DNA of 64,000 nt from Octopus vulgaris (Eukaryota). The DNA is taken from contig OX597826.1 of the NCBI GenBank assembly GCA_951406725.2, positions 11,904,001 through 11,968,000 of the forward strand, written 5' to 3'. Positions within the stretch are counted from its first letter, which is position 1. Every line of letters begins with the position of its first letter. This document shows positions 41,288 to 57,174 of this stretch, piece by piece. The notes under the pieces are model-generated. The model saw nothing but the letters and a program-made list of their open reading frames with translations. It made no database searches and had not been told where the DNA came from. A program made the position numbers and the translations under genes.

Positions 41288-41700
41288 TACTCTTTTACTC
41301 TTTTTACTCTTTTATTTGTTTCAGTCATTTGACTGCGGCCATGCTGGAGCACCGTCTTTTAGTCGAGCAAATCGACCCTGGGACTTATTCTTTGTAAGCC
41401 TAGTACTTATTCTATCGGTTCTTTTGCCGAACCGCTAAGTTACGGGGACGTAAACACAACAGCATCGGTTGTCAAGCGATGTTGGGGGGACAAACACAGA
41501 CACTCAAACACACACACGCATATATATACATATATACGACGGGTTTCTTTCAGTTTCCGTCTACCAAATCCACTCACAAGGCTTTGGTCGGCCCGGGGCT
41601 ATAGCAGAAGACACTTACCCAAGGTGCCACGCAGTGGGAAGGAACCCGGAACCATGTGGTTGGTAAGCAAGCTACTTACCACACAGCCACTCCTACGCCT
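41288..41700 (-). mobile_element. Family B SINE
   Basis: Family B pattern, reverse complement. Confidence 0.93.
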
Positions 41701-42207
41701 ATATACTGTCAACATATCTTTCACATCTCATTTCCATTTTCCCCTTTTTTTATTCCCTTAGAATCAGTAGCTAAGAGACAGTTTTAGCAGGAATTTGATT
41801 AATATAGAATGGATACCAATTATGATATAACAGCAAGCTTTAAGTTAAACAAGAAACCAATTTTCTGTTTGTAGGTTCCCAGTTTAAATTACGGTCGTGA
41901 CCAAATGTGACTTCCTTTTAGTTTTTGCAAGAATTTGGCTACGTTTAACGCATGACCTTGTTGCTAAAATGGTCTACAATGCTATACGCAGTAAACGGGT
42001 TGTCCTGCCTGCCATACCAAAGACACACTGGAACCATAAAGTGGCCAAAACTCCGAAGTCACTGTCAATAACTTTTTTTTGTAAAAAAAAATAATATAAA
42101 CGCTAAAAATTATTGAATAATCTTTCAGTTTCATGTAAAATTGTTTTCATTATTCCTCGACATAAAAACAGACATTAATACACACGCAAACGCACACGCA
42201 CACACAC

Positions 42208-42265
<58 letters not shown>

Positions 42266-42778
42266 ATATTTCAGATATCAGTGGTTATTACATAGGTCTA
42301 TAGCACTAAGTCTGAAAGAGAAAAACCAATTCACTCCAGAGGGACGAACCATCAAGAGATTCTGTACTCGTTGGCACAAGTTACTAGAAATAGCAGCCAA
42401 ATTGTTTCTAATACCTTAAAAATTGAATGAAACATTCCCCAACGACTTCCTGTTCTAAATACGTATCGGAAAATACAGTCAATGGTTGTAGCTGGAAGGC
42501 GTTTGATCACAATTCTCGTCCAGTTCGGATTAGCCATGGAGCGAATCAACAAGAATAACAAATATAATGTTTAAAAGAATGGTCAAAGAATTTAACATAG
42601 TAGAGTGTATCTATTCTCATATGAGGTATACTGTTCATTATAAAATAATAATTCGATAATCTGGTACGTCATGTAAATACAGAAAGAGAGAGAGTGAGAG
42701 AGAGCCGTGAAATATGTTACACCTACATTGATACATACATACATATATATGTATGTATATATATATGTATATATGTAT

Positions 42779-42810
<32 letters not shown>

Positions 42811-43024
42811 TGAAATCGGACACCAACATCAACAGAAGGAATACTGGTGGAACTTTACTATGTAAACGTCTAACAGGTATAAACAACATAATGGGTCGAA
42901 TATCACCGTTTGGGGGCAGAGGCGATATTTTTTATCTACCGTCAAAGAAATCAGGTGTCCTGCAGATGTGAATGTCTCTTGAAAATCAAAGCGAAGGCGG
43001 ACAAATACTCTTATTTTTTAAAAC

Positions 43025-43436
43025 TATTTTTACTTGTTTCAGTCATTTGGCTGCGGCCATGCTGGAGCACCGCCTTTAGTCGAGCACATCGACTCCAGGA
43101 CTTATTCTTTGTAAGCTTAGTACTTATTCTATCGGTCTCTTTGGCCGAACTGTTAAGTTACGGGGACGTAAACACACAAGCATCGGTTGTCAAGCGATGT
43201 TGGTGGTGGTGGTGGTGGGGGGTACAAACACAGATACACAAACATATACACGCACATACATATACATATATACGACGAGCTTCTTTCAGTTTCCGTCTAC
43301 CAAATCCACTCACAAAGCTTTGGTTTGCCCGAGGCTATAGTAGAAGACACTTGCCCAAGATGCCACGCAGTCGGACTGAACCCGGAACCATGTAGTTCGT
43401 AAGCAAGCTACTTACCACACAGCCACTCCTACGCCT
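43025..43436 (-). mobile_element. Family B SINE
   Basis: Family B pattern, reverse complement. Confidence 0.92.
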
Positions 43437-43724
43437 ACGGACAAGATTATAAATCCACGTTTATACCTACAATATTTGGTTCTCTTGGTTTTGCGAAGAA
43501 ATGCTTAAATGACAACTTGGATGAGCTAAGGATTGCAGAAAAGTATTCCTTATGTTGACGTTTGTGTATGATCTTCAGTAATATGTATAAATGTGTCTTC
43601 ATATACTTAGCATGTCTCACATCTTCTTTGTGCATTTGTTTCCGTGCGTAAGATGTGTGTGAGTGTGTTTGTGTGTATGTGCACGTGCGCGTTTGTATGT
43701 GTGTGTGCGTGTGTGTGTGTTTGT

Positions 43725-43758
<34 letters not shown>

Positions 43759-44504
43759 ACATAAAAAAAGAAATCAACCAATTAATATTCACATTGCAAA
43801 TACAATCGGTAAGTGGAGCAGTAAAAATATGCATGATATTTTCTTGCGTTTAAAATGTAACATTGTTCCGTTATCTACATGGAAACAATGGAGGTCAGAA
43901 TCTTTGTTAGAAACCAGGTTCTTCCGCACTGGAAAACTTCAAATAAAGAATTGAAGACTACATGCGCACACAAACACACACATACACACGATACACACAA
44001 ACGTCCATACAAACTTGCACGCACACGTGTGTGTTTGTAATCCTATGTATGCACACACTGAAGATGTACAAAATAAAAAAAAGGCGCACGAAACGTCGTG
44101 CAAGATTGAATATTTGTATTAAAAGGTGGCGCTGTTCCAGAATACTTTGTTTAAATTTCGGAGGAAAGTAAAGTCTGCATTCAATTTGATGCCTTCTTTC
44201 CATGGTTCGAAGTGTATGAGATCTCCGCTGATGCGAGGTGAGTCTCCGGTGAATCTCAGAGATTTTAAATCAGAACGGAAGAAACAGCAACGGATATCGG
44301 AACAAATCTCTTCTCGTACTTTAAAATCCCTCTGAAAGGTTTTAGTAGCAATATTGAGGAATCATATGTAATGTAGTTACTTCATAGAACTCTTGTTTTT
44401 CTAGTGTTAAGTTACGGAACGTAGTGGGCCATGATATAACCTGTTTGCAGATTAGTGTAAATCTGAAATACGCGCCCACATACCTACATTGCTATATCTC
44501 TTAC

Positions 44505-44860
44505 CTTATACTAGTTTAAGTCATTGATCCGTGGCCTTGCTGTAACACCATATTGAAAGGTTTAGACTAACAAATCGACCACAGTACTTAATTTTTAGGA
44601 TTGGTACTTAATCAATCGTTTTCTTTTGCCGAACCATTAATTTTACGGAAACATAAAGAAACCAGCATCGGTTACAATGCGACGGGAAGGACAAACATAA
44701 AGACACACACATCCAGAGATACACTGACGCACAGACAGGTACACAAACACACACGTATAACGGGCTTCTACACACTCTCTCTCTCTCTCTCTCACACTCT
44801 CTCTCTCTCACACAAGGCATTAGTCAGTTTAGGAATATAGTCATTTCCTAAGGTGTCACT
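44505..44860 (-). mobile_element. Diverged family B SINE
   Basis: AAATCGACC...TTTTGCCGAACC...CAGCATCGGTT motifs. Confidence 0.7.
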
Positions 44861-44929
44861 TCTCATCGCTTCATGTTTAAACATATGTATATACACAAAC
44901 ACATAGACGCATAGTCACACACATGCGCA

Positions 44930-44962
<33 letters not shown>

Positions 44963-45086
44963 CGTGCATATTTAAACCATAAAAAGTAAGTAATTGTGAG
45001 AGGTGGATATATTTATTTAACAACTTGCCATCGTTAGGATTACAGAAGATTTGCATCATTTATTATGTAATAATGATTTCAATATA

Positions 45087-45319
45087 TATTTCTTTACTAC
45101 TCACAAGGGACTAAACACAGAGGGGACAAACAAGGACAGACAAAGGGATTAAGTCGACTACATCGACCCCAGTGCGTAACTGGTACTTAATTTATCGAGC
45201 CCGAAAGGATGAAAGGCAAAGTCGACCTCGGCAGAATTTGAACTCGGAACGTAACGACAGACGAAATACGGCTACGCATTTCACCCGGCGAGCTAACGTT
45301 TCTGCCAGCTCACCGCCTT
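45087..45319 (-). mobile_element. Family A SINE with 17 bp target-site duplication
   Basis: TSD ATAATGATTTCAATATA at 45070-45086 and 45320-45336. Confidence 0.93.
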
Positions 45320-45832
45320 ATAATGATTTCAATATACAACAAATTATTTTACTTGTCTGCACTAATGTGCTTGCTACGCGTTATGAAAAGAAAAACAGTT
45401 GTTTATTTACAAATCAGTGCAGATAAAGCAAGCAAGCTTATTACTAGATCCTCATGGTCACAGCAAACTTCAACTCTTAAGTATATATACAAAATTTACT
45501 CTTTATATATACAATGTATGGAAGAGAGGTACGAGATAAGATTAGCTTGGTATGGCCATTAAAAAGAAATATAAATGATAAATATATTTTGTTTCATATC
45601 GAGTAGGGTGCCAGATATGTATTCAGGGAATTGACCATACTTCACGATAAAAATAAGTCGGGAACGGATACGGGAGGAAATAGAGTAAAATTAATTATGA
45701 AATAATGCATATCAAATATCTAAAATATAATATAAATGAAAACAATTGAACTCAGACCGCCGGAGGCATAAAGTTTAAAACAAGAGGTGGCACTGAACTA
45801 CAATTATTTTTAAGTAGGGTTAAAAGGTCAAA

Positions 45833-46039
45833 AGGCTGTTGCTTCCCAACCATATGATCCCGGGTTCAGTCTCACTGCTTGGCACCTTCGGCAGGAGTCT
45901 ACTACTATAACCTCAGGCCGACCAAAGCCTTGTGAGTGTATTTGGCAGACGGAAACTGAAAGAATCTCGTCGTATATATATATATATATATATATATTGA
46001 ATGAAACAGTACTAGTCCTGTAGAAGCTCCTTCTATATA

Positions 46040-46105
<66 letters not shown>

Positions 46106-46138
46106 ATGTATACATATATGTGTGTGTGTATATGTACA

Positions 46139-46197
<59 letters not shown>

Positions 46198-46411
46198 GTA
46201 TGTATTTGTGTCTTTTTGTCCTATCACCATCGCTTGACGACCAGTGTTGTTGTGTTTACGTCACCGTTACTTAGCGATTCGGCAAAAAGACCTATAGAAT
46301 AAGGGTTGTGCTTGCAAAGAATAAGTACTGAGGTCGATTTGTTCGATTAAAGGCGATGATCCATCATGGCGGCAGTCAAATGACTGAAACCAGTAAAAGA
46401 ATAAAGAAGAG

Positions 46412-46412
<1 letters not shown>
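45833..46412 (+). mobile_element. Family B SINE with a nested hammerhead-cassette fragment
   Basis: Family B pattern; 45998-46044 matches 59128-59175. Confidence 0.88.
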
Positions 46413-46469
<57 letters not shown>

Positions 46470-46507
46470 CATATATATAAAGATATGTATATATATATAT
46501 ATATATA

Positions 46508-46895
46508 TCTTTATATATAAAAGAGAGGTTGTGTGTCTGTCTCCTACGATTTAGATTCCTAACTACTCCCACATTTTGCGGTGCAGTTTAAACAAAACCG
46601 GGTATCTTATAGTTGTGATTCATATCGAGCCCTTCTGGGTATTAGCGTGCGTCTACGATATAATAAAAAAAAATTACCATCATTTTTTCCCATTTTAATG
46701 CATTTTTTCGCTATTATATAAGGGAAGTAACTCTCTAAAAATGTCTACGATGAGTCAACGATTTAAAAAAAATTTACCATAATTTTTTTTCCATTTTTAA
46801 TGCATATTTTTGCTATTTTTGGGCTATAACTCTCTAAAAAATGCTTATATAGTTATTTCCCTTACAAACCCGAGCAACGCCGGGCGAAACTGCTA

Positions 46896-46896
<1 letters not shown>
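46508..46896 (+). mobile_element. Non-autonomous Helitron
   Basis: 5' TC, 3' hairpin CCCGAGCAACGCCGGG then CTAG, inserted between A and T; internal duplication of about 70-90 bp. Confidence 0.85.
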
Positions 46897-46953
<57 letters not shown>

Positions 46954-46957
<4 letters not shown>

Positions 46958-48137
46958 ATAAGGATAAGGTCGTTAATTTAAAAATAAAATAACGATTTTA
47001 TCAAGTGGTCAGCATGGAAAAAAAAAATAACCTTCAAAGGTAATAATTATTAAAATTATAAATTAGGGTATCTACAAGATACCACCATGCTGAAAATAGC
47101 AGCCATGATCTGACTCTAAAACCACCTTAATTGTCCATATATCAATCAACACGGAGAGAAAACAAAGCGACAAGATGAAACTAGTAAAAACTAGTAACTA
47201 ATTTTTTACTAGCTTCATATTGTGGACTTAAACTGTATTATTAATCACAACGATTGTTTCGACACATCTAGCAACGATTCGTTTGAGTGGGACACTCAAT
47301 AACTGGTTCACATTGGGAAGATGGCTGATTTATTTAAGAATCGTTATTGTAACCATGTTGCCAGCTTTACACCTATCTATAAAAGACATTCAAAATCTTT
47401 GGCAGTTTTGGCGACTGAAGGAGTTACGTACGCGAGACCACACAATATGATTTCCCGGAGATGTCGTCTCTGCTCCGAGAAATCCCTTTTTCTTCCGTGG
47501 ACTAACGAGATGATCATTAATAGAATTTCTGAACGACTCTCGAGATGCCTACTCGTATATAAATGTACTTTCGCACAATGCAGTGGGTAACCGTTAATTT
47601 TGAGTAACCGTTAACATAATTTAATTTACTTTAAGGTATGGATGACTTAAGTTTACTTTTAACCTCCCCATTCTTACAAATACCAAGTTGATTGCTAACT
47701 CGCTTTGTGATCAGGAGTTTACCAAACCTCACGTATGCGTATGCTCACTTTTTTGCGGATGCTTGTATGAGCGAGTGAACTCGCGCCATGCAGCTTGACC
47801 GAGGGCGTTTATACCTCCATATCTGTTAATACTTTACTCGCTGGATTGTGTGTTCGTCCCTCTTTTTGCCATCTGTGATTTTACTTTCGATCTTCTATAT
47901 AAAAGAAGGTATTACCGTTCTCTAGCTGTATTTTCTTTCTAAAAAAACTGGAAGTTACATTGCAGAACAGTTATTTTAACGATTTGTATTTATTTATCAC
48001 CCGACGAGATACATATGCACCACCGGATGCTCCTGAACCAGTTGTTGAGTGTCCCAGCCATGAGGAATCGATGGTAGATGGATGTGTCGAAACAATTGTC
48101 GTGATTAATAATAAATTCTCGTATATTCCAACTTCCG

Positions 48138-48143
<6 letters not shown>
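46954..48143. mobile_element. Non-coding element between TA tracts with about 78 bp inverted repeats (Penelope-like?)
   Basis: 47236-47310 is an imperfect reverse complement of 48034-48113, which contains CGAAAC-AATT-GTC. Confidence 0.5.
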
Positions 48144-48194
<51 letters not shown>

Positions 48195-48746
48195 CATACA
48201 TATATATATATATACATACTTACATACATACATATATATATATGTATATATATATATATACATATATATACATATTATAGATGCAAATACACAACACAAG
48301 CGTAAGAAAATTGTATAAGTATATATGCATGTTAGAGTGTATATGCGTGTATGTATGTGTGTTTGTGTGAGTGGGTACTTAGATGTCTACCTGAGTGCAT
48401 CAGCATAATATATGTATATGCAGGTGCGTATCTACACACAGATATACATATATATTTGTAAATATATATGTGTACATACATACGTATATACATGCATATA
48501 TGTGCGTATATGCAAATGCCTGTTTATATAAACATAAATATGAACACATACGTATATGTGTGCTCGAACACAAACACACACTTGCACACACTCACAAACA
48601 CATATACACTCACACACACTCACCTAATATTTTAACATGATTATTAAAATTCTGTTTTATGTGATTGTTTTTGTGTGTCTGTGTTTATGTATCTCAGTGT
48701 GTGTATATATACATCTATACATAAATATTATATATATATATATATG

Positions 48747-48792
<46 letters not shown>

Positions 48793-48850
48793 AATGTATA
48801 TTCATACTTACATACATTCATACATACACACACACATATATATACATATA

Positions 48851-48891
<41 letters not shown>

Positions 48892-49222
48892 TCCCAATGC
48901 ATGTAATAATTTTTAATGAATTTCCAAATTTCGAAATTATTTTGTTTTCTACTTTAGTTCTTCCGTATGTAATTATAAATTCTTTTTCTAAAATATTACA
49001 GAACGGAACAAATATTTCAGATTACTAACACACAGACACATATGATACCGTGGGAATTCCATATATTGGGAAGACTTTCGTAGACTAAACATTTTTCGTT
49101 CTTTCTTTCGTAATCTTTTTATTTTTGCTACAAAGTTCTATTAAAATCTGATTCTATTCGTTCAAAGCGAAAATTTATTTTGATGTAGTCATATTTGTAT
49201 AACCAGTGCTACATAAAAGCCT

Positions 49223-49242
49223 GATGATGAAATAATGATGAA

Positions 49243-49306
<64 letters not shown>

Positions 49307-49504
49307 GTGAGGACGATGATGATGACGATGATGATAATGGTCATGATGGTGACGATGATATTGATGATGGTGGTGGCGGCGGCGGTGGTGATGATGACGA
49401 TGAGGATAATTATGATAATTGTGATGTTGGGGTGGTGGTGGCGCTGGTGTTGGTGATGATGAAGATGTTGATGATGATGATGATGATGATGATATTGATG
49501 ATGG

Positions 49505-49538
<34 letters not shown>

Positions 49539-49910
49539 GATAATGACGGTAATCATAGTGATGATTATGATGATGTGAATGATGGTGATGGTGATGAAGA
49601 TGATAATGAATATGATGGTGATGAATATGAGGTCATGATGATGATGGCAATGATGAGAATGATGATGATGACGATGGTGATGGCAATGATGATAATGATG
49701 ATGATGATGATGATAAGGATTTTGATGAGGTTGATATTGATGATGATGATGAGGAGGAGGAGGAGGAAAATGAGGAGAGGGGGAGGATGGTGACGACCAT
49801 AACTATCAGCACCACCAGCATCACCACCACCACCATTCACAACGACAACAACGCCGACAGCAACTTCATCATCATCATCATCATCACCATCATCACCATC
49901 AACAACAATA
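49223..49910. repeat. (GAT)n/(GGT)n/(CAT)n low-complexity tract
   Basis: Directly visible. Confidence 0.95.
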
Positions 49911-50164
49911 AATGCTAACAATTATTATAAAGTAAGCAAAAAAAAAAAGAAAACTTCGTCTTTGAATGCAATCAAGAATGATTCGAAGCGAAGTTTAGAG
50001 TACAGAAGACAAGAGACAAGAGTTTCGGATGTAGGAAGAAAATCAATGTGGACGCATGAATAAGTAAAATGTTCATTAAAATGGAATAACAGCAAAGCGA
50101 AAGTGAAATAATATTAATAATGATAACAATAATAATAATAACAATAATAATAATAATAATAGTA

Positions 50165-50283
<119 letters not shown>

Positions 50284-50698
50284 GATAATAATAATAATAA
50301 TAACAACAAAATGAATCACTCACCTGAAAGATAATTGCTAAAACAAAAAGAGTGTTAAGTCGCTTCGACATGCTTAGAAAGCACATTTTATTCAGGGTTT
50401 TGAGAACCGTATTCCTTCTTGCTCCATTTTTTCCTTTTAATTTCCTCGCCATTTCATTTTTCCTCCTCCTCCTCCTAATCCTCCTCCACCTCCTCCACCT
50501 CCTCCTCCTACCGCTGCTGCTGCTGCTTTGTTCCCTTCGTCTTTTTCTCCTTTGTTCTCCCGCCGCTTCTCCCTCTCTTTCTCCATACTTCCTTATCTAT
50601 CTATTTCTCATTTTTAACTTTTCTATGTTGTATCAATCTTAAAATCTTTGCAAAGTGCACGTTTTGTCTCTTCGTTAAATCTTTTTTCCTTTTACAGA

Positions 50699-50759
<61 letters not shown>

Positions 50760-50777
50760 ATTGTTGTTGTTGTTGTA

Positions 50778-50809
<32 letters not shown>

Positions 50810-51045
50810 GTGTTGGGATTGGTGGGAAATTCTAATTTAAATTGGAATCTTACAATTTCATTTGTGGTGTTCCGCTTCATATTCCATCAAGATTTTACCT
50901 GTTTCATTGCACATCATAAACCAGAAGTTTCTTTCATTCATTCATTTCGCCACTAATTCCAGTCTAATCAGGAAACCAAATTAAGGATGAAATTAGAAAA
51001 GAAAATTTTTATACTAATGCATTATATATAATAATGCCAATAAGA

Positions 51046-51129
<84 letters not shown>

Positions 51130-51231
51130 ATTGCTACTGCTGCTGCTACTTGTATTTATATGCTATCAGAGACCATTTATGCATGCAAAACTTGTTCCAG
51201 AAAGTGTTTCCTGTTTGCATTGTGTGAATAC

Positions 51232-51615
51232 GGGGTCATTGACACATACACACAGACAGACACAGACACCCACAGACACAGGTACACGCACACATATACA
51301 CGCACAAACATGCACACACACAAACATACACACTCACACACACACATATATTCGCACAAGTAAACACACACATGACCTCTCTCACACATACCCACACACA
51401 CGCATAGCCACACCTACATATGGGGTCATAGACACATACACACAGACACAGATACACGCTCACATATACACACACAAACATACACACTCACACACACACA
51501 TATATACGCACAAGTAAACACACACATGACCGCTCTCACACATACCCACACACACGCATAGCCACACCTACATATGGGGTCATAGACACATACACACAGA
51601 CATCCGCAGACACAG

Positions 51616-51658
<43 letters not shown>

Positions 51659-51767
51659 CGCACAAGTAAACACACACATGAGCGCTCTCACACATACCCA
51701 CACACACGCATAGCCACACCTACATATGGGGTCATAGACACATACACACAGACATCCGCAGACACAG

Positions 51768-51814
<47 letters not shown>

Positions 51815-51941
51815 CGCACAAGTAAACACACACATGACCGCTCACACACATACCCACACACACGCATAGCCACACCTACATATGGGGTCATAGACACATA
51901 CACACAGACATCCGCAGACACAGACACATACACACACACAA

Positions 51942-51974
<33 letters not shown>

Positions 51975-52111
51975 CGCACAAATAAACACACACATGACCG
52001 CTCTCACACATACCCACACACACCCACACACACGCATAGCCACACCTACATATGGGGTCATAGACACATACACACAGACATCCGCAGACACAGACACATA
52101 CACACACACAA

Positions 52112-52142
<31 letters not shown>

Positions 52143-52269
52143 CGCACAAGTAAACACACACATGACCGCTCTCACACATACCCACACACACGCATAGCCA
52201 CACCTACATATGGGGTCATAGACACATACACACAGACATCCGCAGACACAGACACATACACACACACAA

Positions 52270-52304
<35 letters not shown>

Positions 52305-52587
52305 CGCACAAGTAAACACACACATGACCGCTCTCACACATACCCACACACACGCATAGCCACACCTACATATGGGGTCATAGACACATACACACAGACA
52401 TCCGCAGACACAGACACATACACACACACAAACACACACACACACACACATATATATACGCACAAGTAAACACACACATGACCGCTCTCACACATACCCA
52501 CACACACGCATAGCCACACCTACATATGGGGTCATAGACACATACACACAGACATCCGCAGACACAGACACATACACACACACACAA

Positions 52588-52620
<33 letters not shown>

Positions 52621-52747
52621 CGCACAAGTAAACACACACATGATCGCTCACACACATACCCACACACACGCATAGCCACACCTACATATGGGGTCATAGA
52701 CACATACACACAGACATCCGCAGACACAGACACATACACACACACAA

Positions 52748-52780
<33 letters not shown>

Positions 52781-53063
52781 CGCACAAGTAAACACACACA
52801 TGACCGCTCACACACATACCCACACACACGCATAGCCACACCTACATATGGGGTCATAGACACATACACACAGACATCCGCAGACACAGACACATACACA
52901 CACACAAACACACACACACACGCACACATATATATACGCACAAGTAAACACACACATGACCGCTCTCACACATACCCACACACACGCATAGCCACACCTA
53001 CATATGGGGTCATAGACACATACACACAGACATCCGCAGACACAGACACATACACACACACAA

Positions 53064-53094
<31 letters not shown>

Positions 53095-53221
53095 CGCACA
53101 AGTAAACACACACATGACCGCTGTCACACATACCCACACACACGCATAGCCACACCTACATATGGGGTCATAGACACATACACACAGACATCCGCAGACA
53201 CAGACACATACACACACACAA

Positions 53222-53252
<31 letters not shown>

Positions 53253-53689
53253 CGCACAAGTAAACACACACATGACCGCTCTCACACATACCCACACACA
53301 CGCATAGCCACACCTACATATGGGGTCATAGACACATACACACAGACATCCGCAGACACAGACACATACACACACACAAACACACACACACACACACACA
53401 TATATATACGCACAAGTAAACACACACATGACCGCTCTCACACATACCCACACACACGCATAGCCACACCTACATATGGGGTCATAGACACATACACACA
53501 GACATCCGCAGACACAGACACATACACACACACAAACACACACACACACACACATATATATACGCACAAGTAAACACACACATGACCGCTCACACACATA
53601 CCCACACACACGCATAGCCACACCTACATATGGGGTCATAGACACATACACACAGACATCCGCAGACACAGACACATACACACACACAA

Positions 53690-53720
<31 letters not shown>

Positions 53721-54003
53721 CGCACAAGTAAACACACACATGACCGCTCTCACACATACCCACACACACGCATAGCCACACCTACATATGGGGTCATAGA
53801 CACATACACACAGACATCCGCAGACACAGACACATACACACACACAAACACACACACACACACACACATATATATACGCACAAGTAAACACACACATGAC
53901 CGCTCTCACACATACCCACACACACGCATAGCCACACCTACATATGGGGTCATAGACACATACACACAGACATCCGCAGACACAGACACATACACACACA
54001 CAA

Positions 54004-54034
<31 letters not shown>

Positions 54035-54141
54035 CGCACAAGTAAACACACACATGACCGCTCACACATACCCACACACACGCATAGCCACACCTACATA
54101 TGGGGTCATAGACACATACACACAGACATCCGCAGACACAG

Positions 54142-54184
<43 letters not shown>

Positions 54185-54311
54185 CGCACAAGTAAACACA
54201 CACATGACCGCTCTCACACATACCCACACACACGCATAGCCACACCTACATATGGGGTCATAGACACATACACACAGACATCCGCAGACACAGACACATA
54301 CACACACACAA

Positions 54312-54344
<33 letters not shown>

Positions 54345-54471
54345 CGCACAAGTAAACACACACATGACCGCTCACACACATACCCACACACACGCATAGC
54401 CACACCTACATATGGGGTCATAGACACATACACACAGACATCCGCAGACACAGACACATACACACACACAA

Positions 54472-54506
<35 letters not shown>

Positions 54507-55411
54507 CGCACAAGTAAACACACACATGACCGCTCTCACACATACCCACACACACGCATAGCCACACCTACATATGGGGTCATAGACACATACACACAGA
54601 CATCCGCAGACACAGACACATACACACACACAAACACACACACACACGCACACATATATATACGCACAAGTAAACACACACATGACCGCTCTCACACATA
54701 CCCACACACACGCATAGCCACACCTACATATGGGGTCATAGACACATACACACAGACATCCGCAGACACAGACACATACACACACACAAACACACACACA
54801 CACACACACATATATATACGCACAAGTAAACACACACATGACCGCTCTCACACATACCCACACACACGCATATCCACACCTACATATGGGGTCATAGACA
54901 CATACACACAGACATCCGCAGACACAGACACATACACACACACAAACACACACACACACACACACATATATATACGCACAAGTAAACACACACATGACCG
55001 CTCTCACACATACCCACACACACGCATAGCCACACCTACATATGGGGTCATAGACACATACACACAGACATCCGCAGACACAGACACATACACACACACA
55101 AACACACACACACACACACACATATATATACGCACAAGTAAACACACACATGACCGCTCTCACACATACCCACACACACGCATAGCCACACCTACATATG
55201 GGGTCATAGACACATACACACAGACATCCGCAGACACAGACACATACACACACACAAACACACACACACACACACATATATATACGCACAAGTAAACACA
55301 CACATGACCGCTCACACACATACCCACACACACGCATAGCCACACCTACATATGGGGTCATAGACACATACACACAGACATCCGCAGACACAGACACATA
55401 CACACACACAA

Positions 55412-55442
<31 letters not shown>

Positions 55443-55881
55443 CGCACAAGTAAACACACACATGACCGCTCTCACACATACCCACACACACGCATAGCCA
55501 CACCTACATATGGGGTCATAGACACATACACACAGACATCCGCAGACACAGACACATACACACACACAAACACACACACACACACACACATATATATACG
55601 CACAAGTAAACACACACATGACCGCTCTCACACATACCCACACACACGCATAGCCACACCTACATATGGGGTCATAGACACATACACACAGACATCCGCA
55701 GACACAGACACATACACACACACAAACACACACACACACACACACATATATATACGCACAAGTAAACACACACATGACCGCTCTCACACATACCCACACA
55801 CACGCATAGCCACACCTACATATGGGGTCATAGACACATACACACAGACATCCGCAGACACAGACACATACACACACACAA

Positions 55882-55912
<31 letters not shown>

Positions 55913-56021
55913 CGCACAAGTAAACACACACATGACCGCTCTCACACATACCCACACACACGCATAGCCACACCTACATATGGGGTCATAGACACATACA
56001 CACAGACATCCGCAGACACAG

Positions 56022-56070
<49 letters not shown>

Positions 56071-56179
56071 CGCACAAGTAAACACACACATGACCGCTCT
56101 CACACATACCCACACACACGCATAGCCACACCTACATATGGGGTCATAGACACATACACACAGACATCCGCAGACACAG

Positions 56180-56228
<49 letters not shown>

Positions 56229-56671
56229 CGCACAAGTAAACACACACATGACCGCTCTCACACATACCCACACACACGCATAGCCACACCTACATATGGG
56301 GTCATAGACACATACACACAGACATCCGCAGACACAGACACATACACACACACACAAACACACACACACACGCACACATATATATACGCACAAGTAAACA
56401 CACACATGACCGCTCTCACACATACCCACACACACGCATAGCCACACCTACATATGGGGTCATAGACACATACACACAGACATCCGCAGACACAGACACA
56501 TACACACACACACAAACACACACACACACACACACATATATATACGCACAAGTAAACACACACATGACCGCTCTCACACATACCCACACACACGCATAGC
56601 CACACCTACATATGGGGTCATAGACACATACACACAGACATCCGCAGACACAGACACATACACACACACAA

Positions 56672-56702
<31 letters not shown>

Positions 56703-56829
56703 CGCACAAGTAAACACACACATGACCGCTCTCACACATACCCACACACACGCATAGCCACACCTACATATGGGGTCATAGACACATACACACAGACATC
56801 CGCAGACACAGACACATACACACACACAA

Positions 56830-56862
<33 letters not shown>

Positions 56863-56970
56863 CGCACAAGTAAACACACACATGACCGCTCACACACATA
56901 CCCACACACACGCATAGCCACACCTACATATGGGGTCATAGACACATACACACAGACACAGATACACGCT

Positions 56971-57014
<44 letters not shown>

Positions 57015-57139
57015 CGCACAAGTAAACACACACATGACCGCTCTCACACATACCCACACACACGCATAGCCACACCTACATATGGGGTCATAGACACATA
57101 CACACAGACATCCGCAGACACAGACACATACACACACAA

Positions 57140-57174
<35 letters not shown>

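Noticed and set aside
41897-42000. R4/Dong zinc-knuckle-like peptide THDLVAKMVY
   Set aside because: Too short and isolated to support.
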